DNA from: Dehalococcoidia bacterium
GTDB lineage: Bacteria; Chloroflexota; Dehalococcoidia; Lucifugimonadales; UBA3495
Direction of reading: 5' to 3'
DNA length: 64,000 bases
Assembly (NCBI GenBank): GCA_965216155.1
Contig: CBDCFD010000007.1
Coordinates: 528,526 to 592,525, forward strand
Shown here: positions 18,836-28,957 of the stretch, piece after piece
How the letters are laid out: each line of letters starts with the position of its first letter
Position numbering within the stretch: the first letter of the stretch is position 1
Notes under the pieces: model-generated
Told to the model about the DNA's origin: nothing
What the model saw: only the letters and a program-made list of their open reading frames with translations
Databases searched by the model: none
Position numbers and translations under genes: made by a program

Positions 18836-19828
18836 TTACGAAAGGGTGCCCAGACCCGGGATAATCATCTCCCGGAAGGCGTCCACCTCGGCCCACGGCA
18901 TGTCGTAGCCACCCTCCTGGGTGTGAGTGGGAAAGATGAAGACGTGATTGATACCCGATTCGTCTCTGGCCCGCTTTAGTCTGGCTAAGCATTCCTCAGG
19001 TGTGCCGAATATTCCGAAGGCATCGCATATCTCGGCCGCCTGAGCATCGCCGATGCTCTCAGGGACGAAATCGTCGACCAGGTCGATGCCGGCCTCTCGC
19101 AGCCAGAAGAGGTTGGAATCGCTGGGGTATTTCAGGTACGGTTGGTCGGGTCGGAACCACTGTTGAGGAAAGCGACGAGCGCTCGGGCCGTCATCCGACA
19201 CCGTGGTTGGGGTGATGAAGATCGTCCGGAAACCGTCGAGGCTGCGCCCGGCCCGCACCGTTCCGATTTCCAGTCGGCGGCGGGCCGCGTCGACCGCTTT
19301 GGGATGAAGGCCGACAAGCAACAGGGCGCCGTCCGCTACTTCCCCGGCCAACTCCACCATCCTCGGACCGGCGGCGGTCATGAATACTGGCGTCGGCTGG
19401 TCGCTGAAGTTACGCAGCCGGGTTTCCACCCCGTTGAATTCCACTCGCTCGCCTCGCAGCAGACGGCGAATGGTCAGGACGCTCCGGCGCATCGCCTCCA
19501 CCGTGGCCCGGGGCCAGCCAATATTACCGACAGAGAGGTAGCCTGGGCCCACGGTCAAGCGTATCCGTTCTGGTGCGATCTCCTCCAACGAGTGGGCCAG
19601 CGAGGCTAGGACCATCGAATGGCGGGTGACCGGGTTGGTAGTTGCGGGGTAAAGGACGAGCTGAGAGGTACGCTCGGCGGCCAAGGCCAGGGTGAGAAAA
19701 ACGTCCCGCCCGCTGTGCTGATGGTCGTGGACTCCAACCCCGGAAAATCCGGCGGCCTCACATCCAGCGATGAAATCGGCAGTCTGTTGGACCGGCAGGC
19801 CGACGGGCACCCTGATATCCACGTTCAT
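18836..19828 (-). CDS. LLM-class flavin/F420-dependent oxidoreductase
   Basis: 330 aa. GFSGVGVHDHQHSGRDVFLTLALAAERTSQLVLYPATTNPVTRHSMVLASLAHSLEEIAPERIRLTVGPG. Confidence 0.85.
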   Translation of the reverse strand: MNVDIRVPVGLPVQQTADFIAGCEAAGFSGVGVHDHQHSGRDVFLTLALAAERTSQLVLYPATTNPVTRHSMVLASLAHSLEEIAPERIRLTVGPGYLSVGNIGWPRATVEAMRRSVLTIRRLLRGERVEFNGVETRLRNFSDQPTPVFMTAAGPRMVELAGEVADGALLLVGLHPKAVDAARRRLEIGTVRAGRSLDGFRTIFITPTTVSDDGPSARRFPQQWFRPDQPYLKYPSDSNLFWLREAGIDLVDDFVPESIGDAQAAEICDAFGIFGTPEECLARLKRARDESGINHVFIFPTHTQEGGYDMPWAEVDAFREMIIPGLGTLS

Positions 19829-19837
19829 CGAATACTC

Positions 19838-20764
19838 CTACTGTTCAGACCAAAGATGGGTGAACTGGCTGGCCACCACCTGCTCATAGGCCACGTCGCC
19901 GGAGAGCAGGCCGATACTCCGAGAGAACTCGTTGAGACTGGCTACGGAGTTCGGAGAAATTCCGGCGGTGTAGAAGGGAGCGTCCCGCCGGACCAGGTCC
20001 TCGACCAATGCGGCCTCATCGGGTGGGAACAGCCGTTGGCCGACCTCGGCAGCCAGAGACAGATCGGCCTGCAGCGCCCCTTGCGCCTCCACCACCGCCC
20101 GCACCGCTCCCTCCGCCGTGGCGGGAAAGTCTTCAATCAACCTGTCGGCGGTGACCAACGCCGGAAAGGTAAAGTCCCTCGCTACCGGCGGACCGAGACC
20201 TCGCCGCGGGTCAAGCACCACGTTGCCTATCCCGCTCCGCACCGCCACTTCAGCTCCCATCGCGTTGGCCCAAAACCCGTCGATTACTCCCTCCGCCAGG
20301 GCTTGGGCGGCATGGACCCCGAAGGACGCGCCGGGCCCGCCGCTGCCGGGTACCGGAGCCAACTCCACGCCGTCCCTCGTCGGGTCTAAGCCCGCCTCGG
20401 CCAGCAACCGGCGCAATGCGGCGTCGGGCCCGGGGGCCGCTCCGATACGCAGACCCTTGACCGCCGCAACATCTCCTGGCAGAACCCTTAGCCCGGAACG
20501 CAACACCAGCAACCAGAAGGTATGTTGGGACAGGGCGGCCAGCAACTTGGCGCCCTGCCAGCCGGGGAAGGCAGACAGAGTGGCGTGGGCGGGACCGGCC
20601 ACGAAGTCGACCCGGCCGTCCCGCGACGCTTCCATGGCCCTGCCCACCGGGAAGACCATCTCCAACTCCACGTCTATTCCCTGCGTCTGGAAAAACCCTA
20701 GCTCCACGGCGGCCACCGCCGGAAAGTAGGAGTTGGACACCAGGTCGGGAACGGCGATGCGCAT
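19838..20764 (-). CDS. NMT1/THI5-like ABC substrate-binding protein
   Basis: Start chosen at the ATG preceded by AAGGAG (MRIAVPDLVSNSYFPAVAAVELGFF...). The longer track ORF, extending to 20944, has an implausible N-terminus. Confidence 0.7.
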   Translation of the reverse strand: MRIAVPDLVSNSYFPAVAAVELGFFQTQGIDVELEMVFPVGRAMEASRDGRVDFVAGPAHATLSAFPGWQGAKLLAALSQHTFWLLVLRSGLRVLPGDVAAVKGLRIGAAPGPDAALRRLLAEAGLDPTRDGVELAPVPGSGGPGASFGVHAAQALAEGVIDGFWANAMGAEVAVRSGIGNVVLDPRRGLGPPVARDFTFPALVTADRLIEDFPATAEGAVRAVVEAQGALQADLSLAAEVGQRLFPPDEAALVEDLVRRDAPFYTAGISPNSVASLNEFSRSIGLLSGDVAYEQVVASQFTHLWSEQ

Positions 20765-20962
20765 TTGAGCCGTCTCCTTAGCCCTCGGGCCGGGCATTCG
20801 GGTGAGGGGTTGGGCCAAGTTTACCACCGGGTTCGTATTCAGTATCCTCTGCAGGAGGGACGCCGCAATGAAGCATGAGCGTGAAACAGCTGGCTTACAT
20901 TGAAGGACCCAGCGGCGAAGGACCCGGCCACATGTTGATAACACTTATAGGAGGCAAGCCGT

Positions 20963-22051
20963 ATGACTACGTCCTACCGTCCCAACGGATTGGTCCGGTA
21001 CCACGCTGCCGGCGCGTACCGGGGGTATACTCTCTTCTCTCCCAACGGCGGGGACGACGCCTACCTGATAGATATGGAAGGCAACTTCGTCCACCGTTGG
21101 CACTATCCTGGCGGCATCGCCTACGGCTACCTGTTGGGCAATGGCAACCTGCTTTTCCGGGACCAGGGGTCCAATCCTCCAGGCGCCGACCACATCCGGG
21201 AACTAGACTGGGACAGCCGGTTGGTCTGGGAATATTACAACTCCAGCTTGAGGCGCCACAACCGGCTTCCCAACGGGAACAACCTATTCCTGTTGCAACG
21301 GGACAGGATATCCGCCGAACTGACCCGCAGGGTCGGAGGCGGCTTTACTACCGCCAGCGACCCGGAGCAGATGTTCAGTGATCAGGTGGTGGAGGTTACG
21401 TCCGATGGGACCGAGGTGGACGTATGGCGGTCCGCAGACCACCTGGACCCGGATACGGACGTGATTTGCCCCCTGGAAAGCCGCGGTGCCTGGGGCGGCG
21501 CAAACGACCTTACTTCGTCGCCCGACGGGAGCACCTTCCTGATCAGCTTCCGCATCCTCGATACTGTGGCGTTAGTGGACCGGTCGAGGGGAGAGATTAC
21601 CTGGAAATGGGGGCCGGGTAACATATCTCATCAACACCATCCCACCTATTTGGACAACGGTCACGTGCTGTTGCTGGACAACGGTTCCCACCGCCGGGGA
21701 CTCAGCTATTCCCGGGTCATCGAGGTGGACCCATCTACCAGCGAGGTCGTGTGGCAGTACCGGGGCCTGCCGATGGTCTCCTTCTTCACCCACTTCACCG
21801 GCGGAGCGCAACGCTTGCCCAACGGGAACACTTTGATAACCGAAGGTCTTGCGGGCAGGTTGTTCGAGGTAACTCCCGGAAACGAGATCGTGTGGGAATT
21901 CGTCAGCCCCTTCTTTGTTCCGTCCCAGTTCGGCATGGCAAACGGCGTGTTCCGGGCCCACCGCTACGGCCCCGACCACCCGGCTTTACAGGGAAAGGTG
22001 TTGGACCCGGAGCGATTCGGCAACTTCAATCGGCTGTATCGGGGGAGGTAG
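20963..22051 (+). CDS. Arylsulfotransferase-like beta-propeller protein
   Basis: Repeated NGN(L/T)L motifs, HHPTYLDNGHVLLLDNG and LPNGNTLITEG, as in ASST (PF14269-type) proteins. Confidence 0.6.
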   Translation: MTTSYRPNGLVRYHAAGAYRGYTLFSPNGGDDAYLIDMEGNFVHRWHYPGGIAYGYLLGNGNLLFRDQGSNPPGADHIRELDWDSRLVWEYYNSSLRRHNRLPNGNNLFLLQRDRISAELTRRVGGGFTTASDPEQMFSDQVVEVTSDGTEVDVWRSADHLDPDTDVICPLESRGAWGGANDLTSSPDGSTFLISFRILDTVALVDRSRGEITWKWGPGNISHQHHPTYLDNGHVLLLDNGSHRRGLSYSRVIEVDPSTSEVVWQYRGLPMVSFFTHFTGGAQRLPNGNTLITEGLAGRLFEVTPGNEIVWEFVSPFFVPSQFGMANGVFRAHRYGPDHPALQGKVLDPERFGNFNRLYRGR

Positions 22052-22295
22052 GAAGAACTGTGGACGAACACTGATCGCAGCACTGACTATGTCGGCAGAC
22101 ATTGTCGTCCGTAGATTATAAATCGCGGTTGCTAATACGGCCTCCCAGGCGACCAGGCGCACTTTACAACGGTTCTGGCCTAGAGGCCAACGTGGTTTAC
22201 AGCCGGCGCTTTGCGTTGACGGCCTATGGGTTGCCGCCTATGATGGCTTGCAACCTCTGGTGAATATCGGGAGGCGGGAACCGTTGGAGGTCCCT

Positions 22296-23708
22296 ATGGT
22301 CCGGAGCGAACTTCCTCTCCACTCCGCGTCGGCACTCGCCAGCCTCATCGAAAGCAAAGAGGCGTCTCCTGTGGAGGTGGTCGAGGCCTACCTGCAACGG
22401 ATCGACGACCTCGACTTCAAGTTCAACTCCTTTATCACGGTACTTCGGCAACGGGCTCTGGAAGATGCGAGGCAGGCCGAACGGGAAATCCTGGCCGGCG
22501 CCTACCGCGGCCCGATGCACGGCATTCCGGTGGGGGTCAAAGACCAGATCTGGACCAAGGGCATCCGCACTACCGGGGGCTCGCGCATCTTGGCCAACTT
22601 TGTGCCCGGCGACGACGCCACAGTAATTTCCAACCTGAGGAACGCTGGCCCCATTCTGCTGGGCAAGACCAACCTTAGCGAATTCGCCATCACCGGTTTC
22701 ACCCACCGGTTCAGCACCCCCCGCAATCCCTGGGACCTGGACATCTCCGCCGGTGGCTCCAGCGGCGGGTCGGGAGCGGCCACGGCGGCCTTCCTCTGCG
22801 CCACCTCCTTAGGAGAGGACACCGGCGGATCGATTCGACGCCCGGCGGCTTGGTGCGGGGTCGTCGGGCTGAGGCCTGGCTGGGGACGGGTCAGACGTTA
22901 CGGGTTGATGCGGGGCGTGTGGTCGATGGACACCATAGGGCCGATCTCCCACACTGTGGAAGACGCGGCCATCACCCTGTCGGCAATCGCCGGCTACGAC
23001 CCCAAAGACCCAACCACCTGGAACACGCCGGTGCCCGATTACCGGCAAGCCTTGGACGGCGACATCAGGGGCCGGCGCGTGGGAATCGTTACGGAGTTGC
23101 TCCACAGCGACATGGTCGAGCCCGACGTAGCCAACGCCTTCACAGCCGCTGCCGGCACTCTAGCGGAACTGGGCGCCGAGGTTGAAGAGGTCTCCATTCC
23201 GTTGGCGGCCCACGCGAACGCCATCTCCGGTACGTTGCTGGCGGTCGAGCCGGCCGTCAACATGAAAGAATGGGTCCGGGAACGAATCCGCGATTTCGGC
23301 CACGATAATCGCATCGGACTGCTTACCGGCAGCCTGCTCCCGGCCCAGGCCTACTATAAGGCCCAGAAGCTCCGCTCCCTGCTGCGTGGGGATGTGCTGG
23401 AGGCTTTCCGGACCTACGACGCGCTGGTGATGCCGACCTCCGGAAGGCAGGCCGTCCCGCTCCAGGACGACCCCCCGGTGACCAGCAAGGAGACCGCGTC
23501 GCGGTTGCCGTTCATGCGCACTAATACCTTCAATCTATCGAACGCACCGGCCATTTCCGTGCCCTGCGGGTTCGGCGGAAGGGGGCTGCCGGTGGGCCTT
23601 CAAATCGCCGGGCCGCCCGGCGGGGAGGAGTTGGTGTTGAAACTGGCCCACGCCTACGAACAGAACACCCCGTGGCACACCATGATACCTCCAACCGCTG
23701 AGATATAG
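22296..23708 (+). CDS. Amidase (amidase-signature family)
   Basis: GGSSGGSGAATAA signature. Start taken at the ATG at 22296, preceded by GGAGG. Confidence 0.9.
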   Translation: MVRSELPLHSASALASLIESKEASPVEVVEAYLQRIDDLDFKFNSFITVLRQRALEDARQAEREILAGAYRGPMHGIPVGVKDQIWTKGIRTTGGSRILANFVPGDDATVISNLRNAGPILLGKTNLSEFAITGFTHRFSTPRNPWDLDISAGGSSGGSGAATAAFLCATSLGEDTGGSIRRPAAWCGVVGLRPGWGRVRRYGLMRGVWSMDTIGPISHTVEDAAITLSAIAGYDPKDPTTWNTPVPDYRQALDGDIRGRRVGIVTELLHSDMVEPDVANAFTAAAGTLAELGAEVEEVSIPLAAHANAISGTLLAVEPAVNMKEWVRERIRDFGHDNRIGLLTGSLLPAQAYYKAQKLRSLLRGDVLEAFRTYDALVMPTSGRQAVPLQDDPPVTSKETASRLPFMRTNTFNLSNAPAISVPCGFGGRGLPVGLQIAGPPGGEELVLKLAHAYEQNTPWHTMIPPTAEI

Positions 23709-23719
23709 AGGTTGATGTT

Positions 23720-24133
23720 ATGTACGACAAGCCCATGATCAGCTTGGAACAGGCCCAGAACGCGATTGCGGCCATGATCGGCGATTACAACACGAACCCT
23801 AACCGGCGCAAGGTAGACATGGCCGTGGTGGACGATGCCGGAAACCTGCTGGCCTACGCCCGGATGGACCGCTGCCTGAGGCCCACCTTCGCCATTCGCA
23901 AGGCCTACACTTCCGCGGTCCGCGCCATGGATACCGCCGCCTTCGCCGAGCAACTCAGCAGCTCGGGTAGGTCGCTTGAGTCCTTCGGCGATCCCCAGTT
24001 GATAGCCATACCAGGGGGAGTCGCCGTTTTCCTCGACGGGGCGGCAGTCGGCGCCATCGGCGTGGGCGGCCTGCCCAGCGGGCTCGACGACGAAGCCATC
24101 GCCCGGGCCGGGTTAGCGGCGTTGGGCATTTAA
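23720..24133 (+). CDS. GlcG/HbpS-like (DUF336) heme-binding protein
   Basis: 137 aa. VVDDAGNLLAYARMD...AIRKAYTSA...GGVAVF.DGAAVGAIGVGGLPSG.DDEAIARAG. Confidence 0.8.
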   Translation: MYDKPMISLEQAQNAIAAMIGDYNTNPNRRKVDMAVVDDAGNLLAYARMDRCLRPTFAIRKAYTSAVRAMDTAAFAEQLSSSGRSLESFGDPQLIAIPGGVAVFLDGAAVGAIGVGGLPSGLDDEAIARAGLAALGI

Positions 24134-24198
24134 CGGGGACGGCCCGATAGAGCGCCAACCCGTCAGCCACCGTCACGACGGTTGACTGCCTCCGACGA

Positions 24199-25365
24199 TC
24201 ACTCGTAAGGTTGCAGCTCGATTTCCTTGAGGGCCGGCAAAACTTCCCGGCCCAATAGTTGGACCGACCGCATCACCTCCTCGTGCTTAATGTTGCCGTC
24301 GCTTCCTATTAGGATCAGGTAGCCCGGATTGAGGCTCTCGATGGTCTGGGTCAACTTCTTCGTCACGGTTTCGGGACTGCCCACCACAATCGCGCCCACT
24401 TCCTGAAGCTGCTCGTACGTCATTCGCGAGTCGGGGCCCCCGGCACGCCTCCTGCTTAGCCGGGCGGCCACCGCCGATTGGTAACCCGGAGGATCGTTAT
24501 GCTCCCTGGGCCCACGCATCCGGTGATCGCCGTTCCACAGGAAACCCTTTCCGATTTCTTGGGCTTTTTCGTCGGTGTCGGCGACAACCGCCCGTATTTG
24601 ATAGCCGAAGTGTTCCGGCCCCGGCTTGAACCCGGCCTCATTGGCGGTATCTATGTATACCTGTTTCAACTCGAGGGTCAGGTCCATCAACGCCCCGAGG
24701 TTCACGTAAGTATAGCCGCGGCTTGCCGCCCAAATAACGCTTTCAGGGCTGCTCCCGCCGGGGAACCATATAGCGGGATGGGGCTGCTGCACCGGCAGCA
24801 CCCACGGGTTGACCACCCGGTGGTGGTAGTACGTCCCTTCCCAGCGGAAGGGTCCCGGCTCCGTCCAGCACTTGATGATCAGGTCGTGGGCCTCCTCGAA
24901 CCGTTCGCGGTTCTCGGTGGGGTCGAGGCCGGCCATCAAGGTCTCCACCGCTCCTCCCCTTACGAACCCGGAGACCAGCCGTCCTCCGGAATAGCAGTCC
25001 AGCATAGCCAGTTCCTCGGCCATTCGCACCGGGTCGTTCACCGGGATGATGTTGCCCAGGATGGCTATCTTGGCGTTCTTTGTCACCTTGCTGATAACCG
25101 CTGCATCCAGGTTGGCCGAGGGTTTCATGTTCCAGTAAGAGGCGTGATGCTCGTTGGTCATTATCCCGTCGATGCCTTCTTCGTCGGCCAGGGCGTACTG
25201 CTCGTGGTACTGGTTGTACAGCACATGTGCCTTTTCCGGGTCGAAGTACGTGTTCGGGAAGTCGATTCTGCCCGACTTGTACTGGGAGATTTCCTCCTCT
25301 TTGATGTATGTGTAGGGTTGTTGCGAGTGAAAGTACAGCTCTATGGTGTCTTTCGTTTCAGCCAT
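24199..25365 (-). CDS. LLM-class flavin-dependent oxidoreductase
   Basis: 388 aa. IDGIMTNEHHASYWNMKPSANLDAAVISKVTKNAKIAILGNIIPVNDPVRMAEELAMLDCYSGGRLVSGFVRG. Confidence 0.85.
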   Translation of the reverse strand: MAETKDTIELYFHSQQPYTYIKEEEISQYKSGRIDFPNTYFDPEKAHVLYNQYHEQYALADEEGIDGIMTNEHHASYWNMKPSANLDAAVISKVTKNAKIAILGNIIPVNDPVRMAEELAMLDCYSGGRLVSGFVRGGAVETLMAGLDPTENRERFEEAHDLIIKCWTEPGPFRWEGTYYHHRVVNPWVLPVQQPHPAIWFPGGSSPESVIWAASRGYTYVNLGALMDLTLELKQVYIDTANEAGFKPGPEHFGYQIRAVVADTDEKAQEIGKGFLWNGDHRMRGPREHNDPPGYQSAVAARLSRRRAGGPDSRMTYEQLQEVGAIVVGSPETVTKKLTQTIESLNPGYLILIGSDGNIKHEEVMRSVQLLGREVLPALKEIELQPYE

Positions 25366-25706
25366 GGATTCCTCCTGAGGCTTTATTTTTAAGCCTATTC
25401 TGGAAGCGGCCGGTTAACCTGTAAAGGGGATCTCAACTCTCGTCCATCAGTCTACGTGCAAGGGATAACAGCATCAAGTCGCCGCCCCAGCGGGCGGCCA
25501 GGGACAGAAGTGAAGCTGACTTCGCCATGCCTTTCCTCTATGACTATGACCCTCGCCTCACCTCGTTTGACTACCGCAACATCAATGCCACGGGTAGGCT
25601 CGACAGCCACTGCCGTATCGAGAACAGCCTGCACTAGTACTCAGTCAACTTAGTTTGAGCTAATATTTAATAAATCGGACAATTACGCTATCCTGCCTGG
25701 TGGGAA

Positions 25707-26350
25707 GTGTCGATGGTGGGGGTGGCAGTGATGGTCAGGGACAAATACGCAGTGCGGCCGGAGCCGGAACAAAAGGAAGAACTCCAGCATTTGATTCGGG
25801 GCGAGAAAAGCTCCGCCCGAGTGACGGCCCGAGCCCGGATTCTACTCAAGAGCGACGATGGTTGGGCGGCTCCCCAGGTGGCGGAAGCCCTGGATGTGGC
25901 GTTGGGCACCGTGTACCGGATCAAGCAGCGTTTTACCGGGGAGGGACTGGCTGGGGCCCTGTGGGACCGCCGCCAGGCCAACCGGCATCGGAAGCTGGAC
26001 GACCGGGGCGAAGCCCACCTGGTCGCCTTGGCCTGCAGCCCAGCGCCGGAGGGCCATGACCACTGGACCCTGCGCCTGCTGGCTGGAAAGGTGGTGGAAT
26101 TGGGGTTGGCGTCCTCCATGTCCCACGAAGGAGTGAGAAAGCGGCTCAAAAAAACGCCCTCAAGCCTTGGCAGAAGAAGGAATGGTGCATCCCCCAAGTG
26201 AGCGCCGAGTTCGTGGCCAACATGGATGACCTGCTGGACCTCTACGCCGAACCCTATAACCCAAAGCGGCCGGTGGTCTGCTTTGACGAGACCTCCACCC
26301 AGTTGTTGGCCGAGACCCGGCCGCCGCTGCCGGCCCAGCCGGGACGCCCG
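25707..26350 (+). mobile_element. IS630-family transposase gene, 5' fragment (HTH part plus start of the DDE part), truncated near 26350
   Basis: ARILLKSDDGWAAPQVAEALDVALGTVYRIKQRF...HWTLRLLAGKVVELG..., then after a -1 shift KKNALKPWQKKEWCIPQVSAEFVANMDDLLDLYAEPYNPKRPVVCFDETS. Homology ends at QPGRP. Confidence 0.8.
26148..26154 (+). promoter_or_regulatory. A7 slippery run, a candidate programmed -1 frameshift site of the IS630 fragment
   Basis: The reading frame changes from orfA (frame of 25707) to orfB (frame of 26198) exactly across CTCAAAAAAACG. Confidence 0.5.
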
Positions 26351-26400
26351 CACAGTCTCCTAAAAGAATTTTACTCCAGCACACCTTCCCGATACCCGGC

Positions 26401-26775
26401 AGGCCACGCGCAGGAACCAAGCAGACCAAACGCGCCAGGAAGAAACTCCCCAAGCCGAAACCCAGAGGTGACGGGAAGAGACCTCCCGCCACCAGGGCCA
26501 AGGACCCAGAAACCGCGAGGGAAGCGCGCCGGGAGTACGAACGGGCCAGGAACAGGACACCGGAGCGCAGGGAGTACCGGCTGCGCCACGCTGAGGAACA
26601 GAGACAGAAGGCCAAGCAGCTTGGCAAGTGCCAGAACTGCAGCAAGCCGGCGATTCCCCGCCAATCGCGATGCCCCACCTGCGCCGAGGCCAACCGGCAG
26701 TCCCGCAGGCGCAGCGACGCCAGGCGGAGGGCCGCGGCCAGACAAACGGCAACGACGGACAAAGCAGACCAGTGA
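26401..26775 (+). CDS. Small basic zinc-ribbon protein, left copy. The 5' end is unresolved and possibly truncated at the IS630 junction.
   Basis: Open frame without ATG: ...KRARKKLPKPKPRGDGKRPPATRAKDPETAREARREYERARNRTPERREYRLRHAEEQRQKAKQLGKCQNCSKPAIPRQSRCPTCAEANRQSRRRSDARRRAAARQ. Paralogous to 35707-36048 and 36075-36650. Confidence 0.55.
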   Translation, partial: RPRAGTKQTKRARKKLPKPKPRGDGKRPPATRAKDPETAREARREYERARNRTPERREYRLRHAEEQRQKAKQLGKCQNCSKPAIPRQSRCPTCAEANRQSRRRSDARRRAAARQTATTDKADQ

Positions 26776-26788
26776 GCGGCGAACAGAG

Positions 26789-26794
26789 TATAAT
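26789..26794 (+). promoter_or_regulatory. TATAAT -10-like box 7 nt upstream of the GTG at 26802
   Basis: GTATAATCC is conserved at the same distance before the ATG of the paralogous copy (36664-36669). Confidence 0.45.
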
Positions 26795-26801
26795 CCTCAC
26801 C

Positions 26802-27407
26802 GTGACGACCATCAACTCCCTCGACGACTTCCTCCGAGCCCTCGACGCCAACCCATCCTGGCGGGAGGCTGTCCGAACACGCATCCTGGGCGAGGAACTG
26901 CTTCAACTCCCGGTCAAGTTCGACGCCTTTGTCCAAGAGCAGAGGACGAGTCATGCGAACATAGACGCCCGGCTGGACCGCATAGAGAGCGACACCGGCA
27001 CCCTCAAGGGGGACTTCGCCAGGACCCGGGCCATCCAGGACGCCCAAGGGGTAACGTCCGACATGGGTCTAGCGTTCGTCCGGACCCTCAGCGCCACGGA
27101 CCTGAGCGACATGTCAGGGAACGCCCTTCCCAGGGACATCGGACGCAGCTTCAGGAGCGCAGATCTGGTGATCGAGGCAACGGACGGGACCGGCACCCGC
27201 TACATAGCGATGGAAATATCCTTCACCGCGGACCGGAGGGACTGCGACCGGGCTATCCGGAACGCCGGGCTCATCACCCGGTTCACCGGGAAACCGGCGC
27301 AGGCCGCCGTCGCAAGCGTCAGGAACGACCGGGACGCAACGGAGGCAGTGAAGTCCGAGGCAGTGTACTGGCACCCGCTGGAGGACCGGACGCCGAGTCC
27401 TGAGTAG
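26802..27407 (+). CDS. Coiled-coil plus PD-(D/E)xK-like (DUF3782-like) protein, left copy, intact
   Basis: TTINSLDDFLRALDANPSWREAVRTRILGEELLQLPVKFDAF..., helical middle, then SADLVIEATDGTGTRYIAMEISFTADRRDCDRAIRNAGLITRFTGKPAQAA. An alternative GTG start at 26772 overlaps the upstream stop. Confidence 0.65.
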   Translation: MTTINSLDDFLRALDANPSWREAVRTRILGEELLQLPVKFDAFVQEQRTSHANIDARLDRIESDTGTLKGDFARTRAIQDAQGVTSDMGLAFVRTLSATDLSDMSGNALPRDIGRSFRSADLVIEATDGTGTRYIAMEISFTADRRDCDRAIRNAGLITRFTGKPAQAAVASVRNDRDATEAVKSEAVYWHPLEDRTPSPE

Positions 27408-27542
27408 TTTCTTCAGAGCTACCCTGGGACACACACCAAGACCCTCAAGTCTCCTCCGAGACGAACGTCTCACGCTTGACGCCCTGTGCGGGCAGTAATA
27501 ATCTTGCGGAGGCAGTCACGAACCAACCAGCAGGAATAGGAA

Positions 27543-28016
27543 GTGACGACCTCAGCAAGCCCGCTACTGCCCAGTCCCACTGACCCAGTCAGGCAACCCA
27601 TCATCAATTCCCCGTACCATCCACCCGAGTACCACTGGGACCTGGACTACAGCGTCAAGGCCATCGACAACGTGCTTGATGGGAGGCGTGGGTCCCAGAA
27701 CATCCCTCCTGTCGCGGGATCGAGGAGGACCAGGGGGCGAGTACTGCTTCCCGGCCAGTTCGGCGCAGTCTGGACCCCGCTGGACCTGGTCAATGACATC
27801 CGGGAGGCCGTCAGCGCATGGCAGGCCACTGGATACCCCGGCATCACTCAGACCAGCAGGGACCTCATCAACCACTGGACGGACGAGGAAGCCTGCCAAC
27901 CCTACTTCGCCCAGATTAACGCGGTCCTGACCCACATCTACCTCCTGCGGGCCGGAGGGACGCCAATCAGAGCACGACTGCTGATTCGGAAGACCGGGAC
28001 AATTCTATGGCCTTGA
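27543..28016 (+). pseudogene. N-terminal fragment of a type III restriction res-like (DEAD/DEAH helicase-nuclease) protein
   Basis: PIINSPYHPPEYHWDLD...LVNDIREAVSAWQATGYPGITQTSRDLINHWTDEE...YFAQINAVLTHIYLL matches the N-terminal ~150 aa of ~900-aa enzymes. The helicase motifs are absent. Confidence 0.6.
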
Positions 28017-28957
28017 AGAGCGACATACAATACCCCATAGCCTACCAGCCACCATTCGAGGTCATCCACTTCGGAGATGCGGCAATAGGAGCAAGATACC
28101 TCTGCCTTGGATGCGATGAAGAGATGATCCCGCGCAAGGGCCAGATCAAGAGGCACCACTTCGCCCACAATGCAGGATCGGAAGAGTGCAACCCCGACAA
28201 CGCCCTGGACGAGACGGCAAAGGCTGCAATATGCCAAGGATTCATGAGCGCCGTCCAACTGGGAGAGAAATACCTCGTCCAGTTCCCCTGTTCAAGGTGC
28301 CGCCAACCAATCGGGGTGAACGTAGCATCCCAGGGTGCCACCATCGCAACAGAGAGGAGCGTTATTCAGGGTACCAGGTCCGACCTGGTCATAACGAAAG
28401 TGGACGGGAAGAGTCCCAGAGTCATCATCGAAATCGTAGTCCACCACGACATAGAAGAGCCCACTGGGGAGAGATACAGAGACTCCAGTATACCGGTGAT
28501 TAAGGTCAGACCGACATGGGAAACGGTCGACAGACTAACCAAGCGGGCCTACGGCGAAGAATCCCTGAACGTCGAAGACAAAATATGCAGAAGATGCAAG
28601 GAAACCAGCCAGGCCCACAGACAGTGGCTTGAGGGAACAAGAGAAAGGCTGAAGGATGCCCTACGGGCAGCGCAGGGAAACCCGGATAGACCCTTACCAA
28701 TCAGGCAGGATAGATACGGCTCATTCTTGAGGCGAGATACACGGGATCGAGTAAACGCAAACGCCAGAAGGCTGGCGGCAACGGGATTCATGCAACAGCC
28801 CAGCAGGCCCACCCTGTTTCGCGTACAAGCTGACGGCTGGACAGTCTACGCAGACCTGGACAGCACGGAGGTGATGAGGATATGGGAGGTGGACTGCGCT
28901 CCCGGGCTATACGCCTTTCCAGAAGACACGGAGCCCCCGAGGTGCAGAGAATGCGTC

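Noticed and set aside
20765-20944. The N-terminal 60-codon extension of the binding-protein ORF (19838-20944).
   Set aside because: An internal ATG at 20764 is preceded by AAGGAG and starts the conserved MRIAVPDL... sequence. The extension would overlap the divergent promoter region of 20963-22051.
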